64,000 bases of DNA, taken from positions 1,707-65,706 of the forward strand of contig JASFHL010000006.1 of NCBI GenBank assembly GCA_050123235.1, given 5' to 3'. The position numbers and the translations under genes were made by a program. The notes below the pieces were generated by a model. It saw only the letters and a program-made list of their open reading frames with translations. It made no database searches and was not told the origin of the DNA. Position 1 is the first letter of the stretch; the number at the start of each line of letters is the position of its first letter. Origin of the DNA: Candidatus Woesebacteria bacterium. Lineage in GTDB: Bacteria > Patescibacteriota > Microgenomatia > UBA1400 > PJMF01. Shown in pieces: positions 29,512 to 39,656 of the stretch.

Positions 29512-30987
29512 ATGTCTGATCAATATTTCTATCTCACCACCACCTTACCGTATGTCAATGCTTCACCACATATTGGTTTTGGTTTAGAAATTACTGAAGC
29601 TGATGTGATTGCCAGATATATGATGATGAAACTTGGTGAAAGAAATGTGTTTTTCAATACTGGGACTGATGAACATGGGCAAAAAATCTATCAAAAAGCA
29701 ATGGAGGCAAAATTAGATCCTCAAAAATATTGTGATCAATATGCAGCTAAATTCGCTGATCTAAAAAAACAGCTCAATCTTAAATACAATCATTTTATTA
29801 GAACCACTGAGCAGCATCACGTTAAAGCTGCTCAAGAGTTTTGGCGTCGTTGTCAAAAAAATGCTGATATTTACAAAAAACTTTATAAAATAAAATACTG
29901 TGTTGGCTGTGAGTTAGAAAAAACTGACAGTGAGCTGCTTGATGGTAAATGCCAGTTACACCCTAATCGTGACTTAGAAATTAGAGAAGAGGAAAATTAT
30001 TTTTTTAGATTTTCAAAATATCAACAAGCTTTATTAGATCTTTATCAACAACAACCTCATTTTGTCAAACCAGTAAGCAAGATGAAAGAAATTATTAGTT
30101 TTGTAAAACAAGGTCTGCAAGACTTCAGTATTTCTAGATTAAAATCAAAAATGCCTTGGGGCATCCCAGTACCAGGAGATAAAGAACATGTGATGTATGT
30201 TTGGTTCGATGCCTTGATTAACTATATTTCTACTATTGGCTGGCCAGATGATACTGATAGTTTTAGAAAATATTGGCCAGGTTTGCCAGAATCAGAAACA
30301 CTAGCACCAGAAAAAATTTCTTGCATTCAACTAGCTGGTAAAGATAATCTTCGCCAGCAATCGGCCATGTGGCAAGCAATGTTACTCTCAGCTGGCTTGC
30401 CAACTACCCAGCAAATTTTAATTAATGGCTTTATTAGCATTGATGGTCAAAAAATGAGTAAATCTTTGGGTAATGTCATCTCCCCAAAACAAATGGTGGA
30501 GCGTTATGGGACTGATGCCACTAGATATCTTTTAATTTCATTAGGTGCTTTTAGCAGTGATATGGATGTTAATTGGGATAAGTTTGATAACAAATACACT
30601 GCTGATTTGACAAATGGCTTAGGTAACTTATGTTCCAGAGTGGCTAAGATGTGTGAGAAGGCGGGAATCGGATCAGTGGAGGCAAAAATCAAACTTAACG
30701 CTAATTATGAACAGGCTATGACTAATTTTGAACTTAATGATGCTCTAAGTGAAACTATGCTTTTAATTAGTAAAGAAGATCAATTTCTCAGTGAAGCTAA
30801 GCCATGGCAATTAGCGGGTGAAGATCAGGCCTTAATATTAGCTAATTCTGCTACTAATATCCTCACTATCGCTCATCATCTCCAGCCTTTTATGCCAGAA
30901 ACAGCTCAAAAAATCTTAGATCACTTTAACAAGAAAAAAATAGTTGCACTTAAAGCACTTTTTCCTAGATTAAAGCAATCTAAATAA
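29512..30987 (+). CDS. metG: methionine--tRNA ligase
   Basis: HIGF (HIGH-class) and KMSKSLGN motifs. Zn-knuckle cysteines present. Confidence 0.9.
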   Translation: MSDQYFYLTTTLPYVNASPHIGFGLEITEADVIARYMMMKLGERNVFFNTGTDEHGQKIYQKAMEAKLDPQKYCDQYAAKFADLKKQLNLKYNHFIRTTEQHHVKAAQEFWRRCQKNADIYKKLYKIKYCVGCELEKTDSELLDGKCQLHPNRDLEIREEENYFFRFSKYQQALLDLYQQQPHFVKPVSKMKEIISFVKQGLQDFSISRLKSKMPWGIPVPGDKEHVMYVWFDALINYISTIGWPDDTDSFRKYWPGLPESETLAPEKISCIQLAGKDNLRQQSAMWQAMLLSAGLPTTQQILINGFISIDGQKMSKSLGNVISPKQMVERYGTDATRYLLISLGAFSSDMDVNWDKFDNKYTADLTNGLGNLCSRVAKMCEKAGIGSVEAKIKLNANYEQAMTNFELNDALSETMLLISKEDQFLSEAKPWQLAGEDQALILANSATNILTIAHHLQPFMPETAQKILDHFNKKKIVALKALFPRLKQSK

Positions 30988-31820
30988 TGCAAATTATTGA
31001 TACTCACTGCCACTACAACTTAGAACCATTGTATTCTGGTCAAGTTGCTCATTTTAAACTAAACCCCGACCATGCTCTAAGAAAAATGACTTGGCAAGAT
31101 CACTGGCGAAAAGCTAAAAAAAAAGGCGTAGTTAAATCTATTGTAGTTGGATCTGATCTTAATTCTAGTGACAAGGCTCTTGAAATCGCCAGCCAAGATA
31201 AAAATCTATATGCTGCCATTGGGCTTCACCCCCACGAGGCCAGCCTAGAGAGGCAAATTGATTTGGATCAAAAATTAAAAAAAATGGTTCTTAATTCTAA
31301 TGTAATTGCTATTGGTGAAACTGGGCTAGATTATTTTCATTTACAAAAAAATAGGACAAAAATTATTAAAAAGCAAGAAGATTTATTTATCAAACAAATT
31401 GAACTAGCTAATGAATTAAAACTCTCTCTAATTATTCATTGTCGCGATAGAGAAAAAAAGGCTTATCAAGATTTACTAGCCATTCTCAAAGCTCATACTC
31501 CTGAAAAAAGCTTTATCCTTCATTGTATTTCTGGATCATTAGATTATATTAAACAAGCTCTATCAATGGGCGCTTATTTGGGTGTAGCAGCTAATGTGAC
31601 TTACAAAAATGCAAACTCAATTAGAGAAATTGTCAAATATAGCCCCAATGATCGTTTATTAATAGAAACAGATGCTCCATATTTAGCACCTGAAAAATTT
31701 AGAGCCCAAGTGTGCGAGCCATGGATGATTGTTGAAACAGCTAAATTCTTACAAATTGAGTTTAAAATTGAGCCAGAGCAACTTTATAGTAATTCTATTA
31801 AGGCGTTCAGTTTAGTTTGA
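30987..31820 (+). CDS. tatD: TatD family metal-dependent hydrolase/DNase
   Basis: IDTHCH N-terminus and GETGLDY motif. Conserved metG-tatD synteny. Confidence 0.85.
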   Translation: MQIIDTHCHYNLEPLYSGQVAHFKLNPDHALRKMTWQDHWRKAKKKGVVKSIVVGSDLNSSDKALEIASQDKNLYAAIGLHPHEASLERQIDLDQKLKKMVLNSNVIAIGETGLDYFHLQKNRTKIIKKQEDLFIKQIELANELKLSLIIHCRDREKKAYQDLLAILKAHTPEKSFILHCISGSLDYIKQALSMGAYLGVAANVTYKNANSIREIVKYSPNDRLLIETDAPYLAPEKFRAQVCEPWMIVETAKFLQIEFKIEPEQLYSNSIKAFSLV

Positions 31821-31913
31821 TAAGCTTAATTTTGATTCGACTCCAAAATTCATCTATAGTAAATATAACTTTATCCTAAGTAAGATATAATAAATTAAGC
31901 TTATCAAACTAAA
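31811..31913. repeat. 21-bp perfect inverted repeat (31811-31831 / 31893-31913) enclosing a 61-nt loop, spanning the tatD stop codon and ending 3 nt before the next ATG
   Basis: Arm tttagtttgataagcttaatt and its exact reverse complement aattaagcttatcaaactaaa. Confidence 0.6.
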
Positions 31914-31916
31914 CTT

Positions 31917-33413
31917 ATGATTAAACGATATTTCCGCCGTCATCCGATCCGCACTCAACGCGCATTAGAAATCATACCAGGATTTTTTTCTTGGTCTTTA
32001 ATTTTATTTCCTATCTGGGGATCATTCCTTATTCCCACTGTTGTAGCATATTATGTGATCACTTTTGCTGTTTATTGGCTTTATCGCTCTGCTATCTTAG
32101 CTATTTTATCAATCATTGCTCATTTTAAAATTCAAGCTTCCAAAAAATTTGATTGGATTGCTGATCTTAAACAGAGTTATCCTAAAACTTGGGATAGTAT
32201 TCAGCATCTAATTATTATTCCTACTTACCGAGAACCAGAAAGTACTTTAGAAAAAACTTTGGATGCTCTTACCCGACAGTCTTATCCTCGGAAAAATATC
32301 CATATTATGATTTCGTTTGAAGAAAGAGAAGGAGCTGAAGGTAAGGACAAAGCAAAATATCTTAAAAACAAGTTTAAAAACAAATTTGGCAATTTGTGGA
32401 CTACTTTTCATCCTGATATCAAAGGGGAAGTAAAAGGAAAATCATCTAATACCTGTTGGGGTGCTAAAAGAGCTAAAGAATTGTTGATTGATAAAGCAAA
32501 ATTTCCAATTGAAAAAACCACCATTACCAGTGAAGATGCAGATGCTCGTTTCCATCATCATTATTTTGCTAATCTAAGCTATGAATTCTTATCACAAAAA
32601 AACCCACATAATAAAGTCTGGCAAGGAGGCATTGTTTTTTACAATAATATCTGGCAAGTTCCAGCTCCAATCCGGGTGATGGCTTCAATTTTCTCAGTTA
32701 CCCAAATTTATATTTTGATGAGAAAAGATCGTTTGATTAATTTTTCCACCTATTCTACTAGCCTCAAACACGTAGTGGAAATTGGTTATTGGGATACCGA
32801 TGTTATTCCCGAAGATTACCGCTTCTTTTTCAAATCTTATTTTGCCAAAAAAGGCCAATTTGATGTTGAACCGATCTTTTTACCAATCAATGCTGATGCA
32901 GCTGAAGCTAAAGGCACTTTCAGAGCTTTTAAAAATCAATATGAACAGCTTAAACGTTGGGCTTGGGGAGTAAGCGATGATGCTTATATAATTAGGCAGT
33001 ATATTTTAACTGAAGGTATTCCTTTTTGGGATAAAACTGTCAGAGTTCTAAAAGTAATTGAAGATCACTTTTTATGGCCAGTCAATTGGTTTGCCATTAC
33101 TATCTCAGCAACTCTGCCACCATTACTGAATGATAAGTTTAATCGCACCATTTTGGGTAAAACTCTACCACAGGTAACTTCAGCTTTACTCACAATGTCT
33201 TTGCTCTCTATGGTGGTAGTCTTTTTGATAGATGCTAGGAACAGACCTCCTCGACCCAACAAATACAACCCACTTTCCTATATTTTTCAACCTTTAGAAT
33301 TTTTAATGTTGCCAATTATTGGCTTTTTCTTTTCTGCATTGCCAGGGCTTGATGCTCACACTAGGTTGATGTTGGGAAAATATATTGAATATAAAGTGAC
33401 GGAGAAGGTTTAA
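31917..33413 (+). CDS. family-2 glycosyltransferase, polytopic membrane protein
   Basis: IIIPTYREPESTLEKTLDALTRQSYP GT-A motif; multiple TM helices. Confidence 0.6.
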   Translation: MIKRYFRRHPIRTQRALEIIPGFFSWSLILFPIWGSFLIPTVVAYYVITFAVYWLYRSAILAILSIIAHFKIQASKKFDWIADLKQSYPKTWDSIQHLIIIPTYREPESTLEKTLDALTRQSYPRKNIHIMISFEEREGAEGKDKAKYLKNKFKNKFGNLWTTFHPDIKGEVKGKSSNTCWGAKRAKELLIDKAKFPIEKTTITSEDADARFHHHYFANLSYEFLSQKNPHNKVWQGGIVFYNNIWQVPAPIRVMASIFSVTQIYILMRKDRLINFSTYSTSLKHVVEIGYWDTDVIPEDYRFFFKSYFAKKGQFDVEPIFLPINADAAEAKGTFRAFKNQYEQLKRWAWGVSDDAYIIRQYILTEGIPFWDKTVRVLKVIEDHFLWPVNWFAITISATLPPLLNDKFNRTILGKTLPQVTSALLTMSLLSMVVVFLIDARNRPPRPNKYNPLSYIFQPLEFLMLPIIGFFFSALPGLDAHTRLMLGKYIEYKVTEKV

Positions 33414-33514
33414 AAAATTGCCACTAAAGTTTTGATATGTAAAATAAGAAATTAAATCATTATTTTCTTCTAATTAATCTAGCAATCACAAACAAAAACA
33501 GCTAAAATGATTTT

Positions 33515-35185
33515 ATGCTCAAATTTTTGAAAAAAGTTGATAAGACTCTTGACAGAGAAATTCCTTTATTTTTATTAATACTACTTTTGATTATTTTACG
33601 ATTACCAAATTTTTTTGAACCTTATTGGTATGGCGATGAAGCTATTTATCTCACTATTGGTAATGCTCTGCGTTTTGGCGAAAAACTATATACGGATATT
33701 ATTGATCATAAAACTCCAATTATTTATTTTCTGGCAAAAGTACCTAATCAACTTAGTTTTAGATTTCTTAATCTTTTATGGACGGCTCTTGCTACGGTTT
33801 CTTTTTATTTTTTAGCAAAAAAAATATTTAAAAAAAAATCATTATCTTTTTTTAGCACTCTTATTTTTGTCCTGCTAACTAGTTTACCTTGGTTTGAAGG
33901 TTATATCCCTAATGGTGAGTTATTTGTAATTGGTTTTGTTATGGCTGGAGCATACTTACTTAGTAACACTAATTATTTCAATAATTTCCTTAAAGGCAAA
34001 ATAATTAAAACAAAACAACTTGTCCAATCAAAAAAATCAGCAAGTAAAAAAAATCAGCGATCTCTTTTCACTTTAATCAAAAACAAAAAAGAAGAATTAT
34101 TAATTTTTATAGCTGGCTGTTTTTTTGCTTTAGCTATTTTAACTAAAGTACCAGCTTTACTAGACTTTGCGGCTTTTATGGCAATTGCCTGGTTCAGTTT
34201 AGTAAATACTTTCTCTTTTTCACCAAAAAAACTTAAAAACTGGAAAAAACAACTCTTACCACAATTAAAAAAATTTTTCATTCTTCTAGCCGGAGTGCTC
34301 ACTCCTATTTTACTTTCAGTCATTTATTTTGCTAGCAAAGGCTCAGCTAAAGATTATTTAGATTTTGGTTTACTTTATAACTTTAGATATGCCAGCTCCT
34401 GGCAATTAAATTTTACTAACCCAGTGCTTATTTTTGCTTTTAGTTTAAAAGGCAAACTTATTTTACTCAGCTTATTGTTTTTCTTACTTAGTTTTGCTAA
34501 AAAATTAATCACTCCCAAAGCTCAACTTTTGATAGCTTGGTTTGCGCTGTCTCTGTTTGCCAGCCTTTTGTCAAATCGACCATATCCCCATTATTTTTTA
34601 CAAATCATGCCAGCCTTTTCTTTACTAATTATTTATTTACTTTATTCTCTGCTCAAAATCTATCAGACAAAGAAAAAATCATTAGTAAATATTGTGGAAA
34701 TTAGCTTAGCTAGTTTATTAATCTTAATTGCTTTTGCTAGCATGAAGCTGCTGAAATTAGGTCTCCATCCTGTAAAAACTTATTATCAAAATTTCTATTT
34801 ATATGCCACTAGAAAACTTTCAGAAGAAGATTATTATCAAAGCTTTAACAATTTGATGAGAGACAATTACAAAGCTAGCAAAATTATTCAAGACAAAGCT
34901 GAGAAAAGAATTTTCATTTGGGGTAACAACCCAATGCTCTATGCTCATTCAAAAACTATTCCTACTGGTCGCTTTACGGTAGCCTTTCACATTAAAGATT
35001 TTAACGCTTACCGTGAAACCATGGATGGAATTAAAAAACATCAACCTAAGATCATAGTTGTCATGAAAGACGAACAAGACCCTTTTCCAGAATTTTATCG
35101 CTATCTATACCGTTTCTACAAACTTAAGTATAATTTAGAGTATATGTTTATTTTTGAAAAAGTAGATCAACCGGAATCAAAATGA
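33515..35185 (+). CDS. GT-C fold glycosyltransferase (ArnT/PMT-like), polytopic membrane protein
   Basis: About 12 predicted TM helices. YWYGDEAIY first-loop acidic motif typical of GT-C/ArnT-like enzymes. Confidence 0.5.
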   Translation: MLKFLKKVDKTLDREIPLFLLILLLIILRLPNFFEPYWYGDEAIYLTIGNALRFGEKLYTDIIDHKTPIIYFLAKVPNQLSFRFLNLLWTALATVSFYFLAKKIFKKKSLSFFSTLIFVLLTSLPWFEGYIPNGELFVIGFVMAGAYLLSNTNYFNNFLKGKIIKTKQLVQSKKSASKKNQRSLFTLIKNKKEELLIFIAGCFFALAILTKVPALLDFAAFMAIAWFSLVNTFSFSPKKLKNWKKQLLPQLKKFFILLAGVLTPILLSVIYFASKGSAKDYLDFGLLYNFRYASSWQLNFTNPVLIFAFSLKGKLILLSLLFFLLSFAKKLITPKAQLLIAWFALSLFASLLSNRPYPHYFLQIMPAFSLLIIYLLYSLLKIYQTKKKSLVNIVEISLASLLILIAFASMKLLKLGLHPVKTYYQNFYLYATRKLSEEDYYQSFNNLMRDNYKASKIIQDKAEKRIFIWGNNPMLYAHSKTIPTGRFTVAFHIKDFNAYRETMDGIKKHQPKIIVVMKDEQDPFPEFYRYLYRFYKLKYNLEYMFIFEKVDQPESK

Positions 35186-35553
35186 GCTCAAAAAACCACG
35201 TGAGAAAAAACAGACTAGCAAAAACTATTCCTCAATTTATTAAAACACCAATCCTCCTTAGTTTTTCTTTAACTATTATTTTGCTAATAGTTTGTTTAGC
35301 TTTTTATCCTAAATTACAAGCAGAAATTCCATTTTTCTATTCAGTGGCAGAACCCCAGAAACAGCTAGCTCATAAAAATTTTATTTTTCTTTTTCCAAGT
35401 CTATCACTTATTTTTAATTTAGTGGCTTTAATTTTAATCAAAGTTTTTTCCCAATTAGAAAAAATAATTGTCAAGTTTTTCGTTTTTATGAATCTAGTTT
35501 TCCAGATTATAATAGCTATGTTAGTATTTAGATTAATCTTAATTATCGGCTAG
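35182..35553 (+). CDS. small 3-4-TM membrane protein (possibly GtrA-like flippase accessory)
   Basis: Size and topology only. Overlaps neighbours. Confidence 0.35.
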   Translation: MSSKNHVRKNRLAKTIPQFIKTPILLSFSLTIILLIVCLAFYPKLQAEIPFFYSVAEPQKQLAHKNFIFLFPSLSLIFNLVALILIKVFSQLEKIIVKFFVFMNLVFQIIIAMLVFRLILIIG

Positions 35554-35555
35554 CT

Positions 35556-36623
35556 ATGATAGCTTTTTTACTCAGCACCGTTATTGCTCTTTTTCTAGCT
35601 CCAGTGATTATCAAAATTTATAGCAGGCAAGATTGGATCGATGATCCCCGAAAAAGTAAACATGTTAAAAAAACTCATCAAGAACCTGTCCCAAGAGGAG
35701 GAGGAATAGTTATTTTTATAGCTATTTTGATTGCTGCATTGCTACTTTTACAAATTGATAAATATTTAATTGCCATTCTTCTTGGAGCATTAATTTTGAC
35801 TATTGTTGGCACTTTAGATGATATTTTGAATTTACATCCTGTGATTAGATTAGTTGCTGGTTTGATAGCTGCTTTACTGGTAGTCGGATCTGGTATTGGT
35901 ATTGCTTATGTTAGCCATCCTTTTACAGAAGGAGTGATTCATCTTAACCAAGCTCAAATTAGTCTTTTCCTTTTTAATAAAGTACGAACAATCTGGATTT
36001 TAGCTGATATTTTTGCCTTAATCTTTATTGTCTGGAACATGAATATTATTAATTGGTCAAAAGGAGTGGATGGACAATTACCTGGCTTTGTGAGCATGGC
36101 TGCGATTTTTATTGGAATCCTTTCTTACCGTTTTGTTGATGATCCTACTCAATTTAACACTGCCAATCTCAGTTTTATTGTGGCAGGTGCATTTTTTGGT
36201 TTTTTATTTTGGAATTGGTATCCACAAAAAATAATGCCAGGTTATGGTGCAGGTTCTCTAGCTGGCTATTTTCTCAGCATTCTCAGTATTTTATCTGGTG
36301 CTAAAGTTGCTACTACTTTAATGGTTCTTGCTATCCCTACTGCAGACGGTATTTTTACTATTTTAAGAAGAATCCTAGCTGGTAAATCACCTTTATGGGG
36401 AGATCGTGGTCATTTACATCACAAGCTGATGGATGTTCTTGGTTGGGGACGACGCAGAATAGCTGTCTTTTACTGGATGAGCAGCTTATTAATGGGTATA
36501 CTATCACTATATTTACAAACAAAGGCTAAGATCTTTGCTATTTTACTGGCATTAACTTTTGTTTTTAGCTTTCATATTTGGGTTAAAATTAAAAGTAAAA
36601 ATAAACAGTATTTAATTAATTAA
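35556..36623 (+). CDS. polyprenyl-phosphate sugar-1-phosphate transferase (WecA/MraY family)
   Basis: LDDILNLHP, NMNIINWSKGVDGQ and GDRGHLHHKL motifs. Confidence 0.75.
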   Translation: MIAFLLSTVIALFLAPVIIKIYSRQDWIDDPRKSKHVKKTHQEPVPRGGGIVIFIAILIAALLLLQIDKYLIAILLGALILTIVGTLDDILNLHPVIRLVAGLIAALLVVGSGIGIAYVSHPFTEGVIHLNQAQISLFLFNKVRTIWILADIFALIFIVWNMNIINWSKGVDGQLPGFVSMAAIFIGILSYRFVDDPTQFNTANLSFIVAGAFFGFLFWNWYPQKIMPGYGAGSLAGYFLSILSILSGAKVATTLMVLAIPTADGIFTILRRILAGKSPLWGDRGHLHHKLMDVLGWGRRRIAVFYWMSSLLMGILSLYLQTKAKIFAILLALTFVFSFHIWVKIKSKNKQYLIN

Positions 36624-36630
36624 AATCAAT

Positions 36631-37596
36631 ATGAAGTTCCAAAAATTTCACATTCTATATCTGATTCTTAAATCAGCTCGTCCTAGACAATGGATCAAAA
36701 ATGTAGCTCTTTTTGCACCTTTGGTCTTTTCTGGCTTTTTCTTTTATACCCCAGAAGATGGTATACCTTACTTTTTCACCATTCTTTATGCTTCAATAAT
36801 TTTTTGTATTCTCACTTCAGCTATTTATATTATCAATGACATTATTGATTTAAAAGCAGATCGCAAACATCCTTTTAAGAAAAAAAGACCAATCGCTTCA
36901 GGTGAATTACCAGTGCCAGTGGCTAGTTTTACTGCTATTTCTAGTTTAATTCTGGTGCTTTTTTTATCAATGGGCTTACCGTTTTTCTTTAAATTAATGA
37001 TTTTCTTTTATTTCATCCTGCAATTACTTTATGCCAAAAAAACCAAGCACATTCCTATCTTGGATGTGATTTCTATAGCCACTGGCTTTCTAATCAGAAT
37101 TTATGCTGGAGCTGTGGTGGTGAGTAACTTGCATATGAGTGTTTGGTTTTTATTAACAGTAGTTTCAGCATCACTGTTTTTGGCAGTAGGTAAACGACAA
37201 AGTGAACGAACTCTTCTTAGCAAAGAAAATTTGGGCTACACCAGGAAAACTCTTAGACATTATAGCCAGCGATTATTAGATCAGTATACTGGCATGTTTG
37301 CTAATGCCACTTGGCTAAGTTATTCTTTGTTTGCTTTCCAAAATAATACATCAAATATGACCCCTGCTTATGAGAGGTTTCCCGAATTATATGTGCTCCT
37401 ACCTAGAGCTTTGCAATCACAAAAACTATTGATGTTGACTATTCCTTTTGTGATTTTTGGAGTGATGCGTTATTTACAACTGATTTATGAAGAAAATCAT
37501 GGTGAATCTCCAGAATTAGTTCTACTAAGAGATAAAACTTTATTAACTACTGTTTTCAGTTTTGGCATTGCTGTGATGCTAATTATTTATTTATGA
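36631..37596 (+). CDS. UbiA-family decaprenyl-phosphate phosphoribosyltransferase-like prenyltransferase
   Basis: WIKNVALFAPLVFSG and NDIIDLKAD (NDxxDxxxD) motifs, as in DPPR synthases. Confidence 0.65.
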   Translation: MKFQKFHILYLILKSARPRQWIKNVALFAPLVFSGFFFYTPEDGIPYFFTILYASIIFCILTSAIYIINDIIDLKADRKHPFKKKRPIASGELPVPVASFTAISSLILVLFLSMGLPFFFKLMIFFYFILQLLYAKKTKHIPILDVISIATGFLIRIYAGAVVVSNLHMSVWFLLTVVSASLFLAVGKRQSERTLLSKENLGYTRKTLRHYSQRLLDQYTGMFANATWLSYSLFAFQNNTSNMTPAYERFPELYVLLPRALQSQKLLMLTIPFVIFGVMRYLQLIYEENHGESPELVLLRDKTLLTTVFSFGIAVMLIIYL

Positions 37597-37782
37597 AAAG
37601 ATGAATTGTCTGGTAAAAAACCTCAACCAAGTTCTATAAGCTACTAGCAATACTCCTTAAAACCATCATTTTGATACAATTAATTTTTAATATATAATAA
37701 GTATGTATTAATGAATGTTTTTTTAATTAATCAATACAAACTATTAATAAAAACTGCCAGCCCCCAAAAAATATAAATTTTT

Positions 37783-38679
37783 ATGAAAGAAAGAGGTTTA
37801 GAAATAAAAACCCTATTTGATTGTTTAGAGTATATTCAAGAAGCAAATCTTGAGAGAATTCAGAGCTTAGATCAAGCTGTTGCTTGGTTATTAAGCATCG
37901 CATTTAAATATATAAGCCATATTGAAAAAACTGATGAAAAAATAGCCAAAGAAATGATTCTCCATAAAATAGTTCATACTGGAGAAACAATGGAAGCCAT
38001 GTATGATATTTTATCTAGAGAAGATGCTTTAGATGAATATTTTGAAGCAGCTATGCTAGCTATTATTAGTCATGATGTGGGCAGATTTCCTCAAGTTGCA
38101 AAACACAAGATTATTTCTGATGATAAATCAAGATTTGACCATGCTCAAGCAAGCCATGCAATTCTGACAGGGGAATGGTCAGAACTTATAGCCCCTGTTC
38201 CTTTTGCCAATCATCCAGCTTTTGATGACATAGCTACAGCAATTTTAGAACATAGTAAGTTTAAACCAGCCGTGGAGAGCTTATTAGTCGCATTAGTGAG
38301 AGATGCTGATAAATTAGCTATCTTAAGAGGAATCGTTGAATTCAGTGATCGATTCAAAATGCTTAGGCCGCAATTAACAGAGGCTAGTGAAAGTATAAGT
38401 AGAACTGTAATTGAAAGCTTTTTGGATCCACAATGTGCCACAGTAGTAAACGGAGATGTAGTGACTATAGCTGATGATTTGATAGCAAAATTGGCATTTA
38501 TTTTTGATATTAATTTGCAAGCTACTAAAGATATTTTAGTTGAAGAAGGAATTCTAGATCAAATCATAGCTAAAATTATTGAAGCAGCAGATTTAGATGA
38601 ACTAATAGCAAACAGAATTAGACAAAGAGTAGCTGATTGGAAGAAAGCAGAGCTGCCAACGAAAGACTGGGAGAGTTAA
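37783..38679 (+). CDS. HD-domain phosphohydrolase-like protein
   Basis: H...HDVGR and distal D/H motifs. Confidence 0.45.
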   Translation: MKERGLEIKTLFDCLEYIQEANLERIQSLDQAVAWLLSIAFKYISHIEKTDEKIAKEMILHKIVHTGETMEAMYDILSREDALDEYFEAAMLAIISHDVGRFPQVAKHKIISDDKSRFDHAQASHAILTGEWSELIAPVPFANHPAFDDIATAILEHSKFKPAVESLLVALVRDADKLAILRGIVEFSDRFKMLRPQLTEASESISRTVIESFLDPQCATVVNGDVVTIADDLIAKLAFIFDINLQATKDILVEEGILDQIIAKIIEAADLDELIANRIRQRVADWKKAELPTKDWES

Positions 38680-38757
38680 GAGATTTGTTGAGCTGGCCTA
38701 AAGATTGTTGATCTTAAGCTGATGTGAAAATTATTGCTAAAAATACAATACTCCTGT

Positions 38758-39342
38758 TTATTCCTCATAAACTCCTGATTTTCTTAAAAATTTAGTCACT
38801 TCCTCCATAGGCAAACCATGAGTAAAAGCAGTGAAAGAGCCACTGATGCTTGCCACTAAGGCCGCGCCAGCTGGGTAGGCTGGGCAAAAGGCCGCTGACC
38901 AAGCTAAAACTGGCTCATTTTGAACATAAGTTTCTATTTCTTCTTCTGTTAAAGGGCGAAACTTTATTTTAATTTTTTTAGTAGTGGCGAAATCAATTTT
39001 ATTTTTTTGATCAAGATAAGCAAAACCCGTATAAGTAAAGAGTTGATTGCCAGATAGAGCTTTGAGCATTTCCCTAGCCTCATCTAAATCACTAGGTTTT
39101 TCCATAATCTTATCTTTGAAAACACAAAAAGTATCTGCTGCCATCACAATTGCTTGAGGGTGTTTTTGAGCGACAAATTCAGCCTTAGCACGAGCGATCT
39201 TTTTTGCCCTAAGCGAAACATTTTTAGCTTGGATAGCCTGCTCATCAATCTCTGCAGGCATGACTTTGAAAGCTAAGTTTAAAGTTTTGAGAATTGCTTG
39301 CCGCTGTTTGGATTGGGAGGCTAGGATGATGTTGGCTTGCAT
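38758..39342 (-). CDS. maf: Maf-like nucleoside-triphosphate pyrophosphatase
   Basis: ILASQSKQR N-terminus; full-length Maf fold signature. Confidence 0.85.
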   Translation of the reverse strand: MQANIILASQSKQRQAILKTLNLAFKVMPAEIDEQAIQAKNVSLRAKKIARAKAEFVAQKHPQAIVMAADTFCVFKDKIMEKPSDLDEAREMLKALSGNQLFTYTGFAYLDQKNKIDFATTKKIKIKFRPLTEEEIETYVQNEPVLAWSAAFCPAYPAGAALVASISGSFTAFTHGLPMEEVTKFLRKSGVYEE

Positions 39343-39361
39343 TTTTTAATTATTTTGATCA

Positions 39362-39619
39362 TCAATAATCTTTACCCATTACTCCTGAGTCTGGAACTTG
39401 ATGTCCGTCTTTTCTAGGCCTTGGCTCACCAAGAGCCTCTTCTAAATTACTAAATTCTTCGGCCAGATCAGCTCGCACTTGAGAATCTAATTTGTCAGGT
39501 GCACCATCAAATCTATTATTCTTAAGCCATCTTCTCAAATTTCTCCACCTTACTATCATCAGTGCCCGCGCCCGACTTTTTTGATCTTCAGTTATTTTCA
39601 AAGCTTCGCTTTCACCCAT
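39362..39619 (-). CDS. hypothetical protein
   Basis: ORF only. Confidence 0.3.
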   Translation of the reverse strand: MGESEALKITEDQKSRARALMIVRWRNLRRWLKNNRFDGAPDKLDSQVRADLAEEFSNLEEALGEPRPRKDGHQVPDSGVMGKDY

Positions 39620-39656
39620 ATTACCCTTTCTTGTTACTAACTAAGAAAAAACCATT

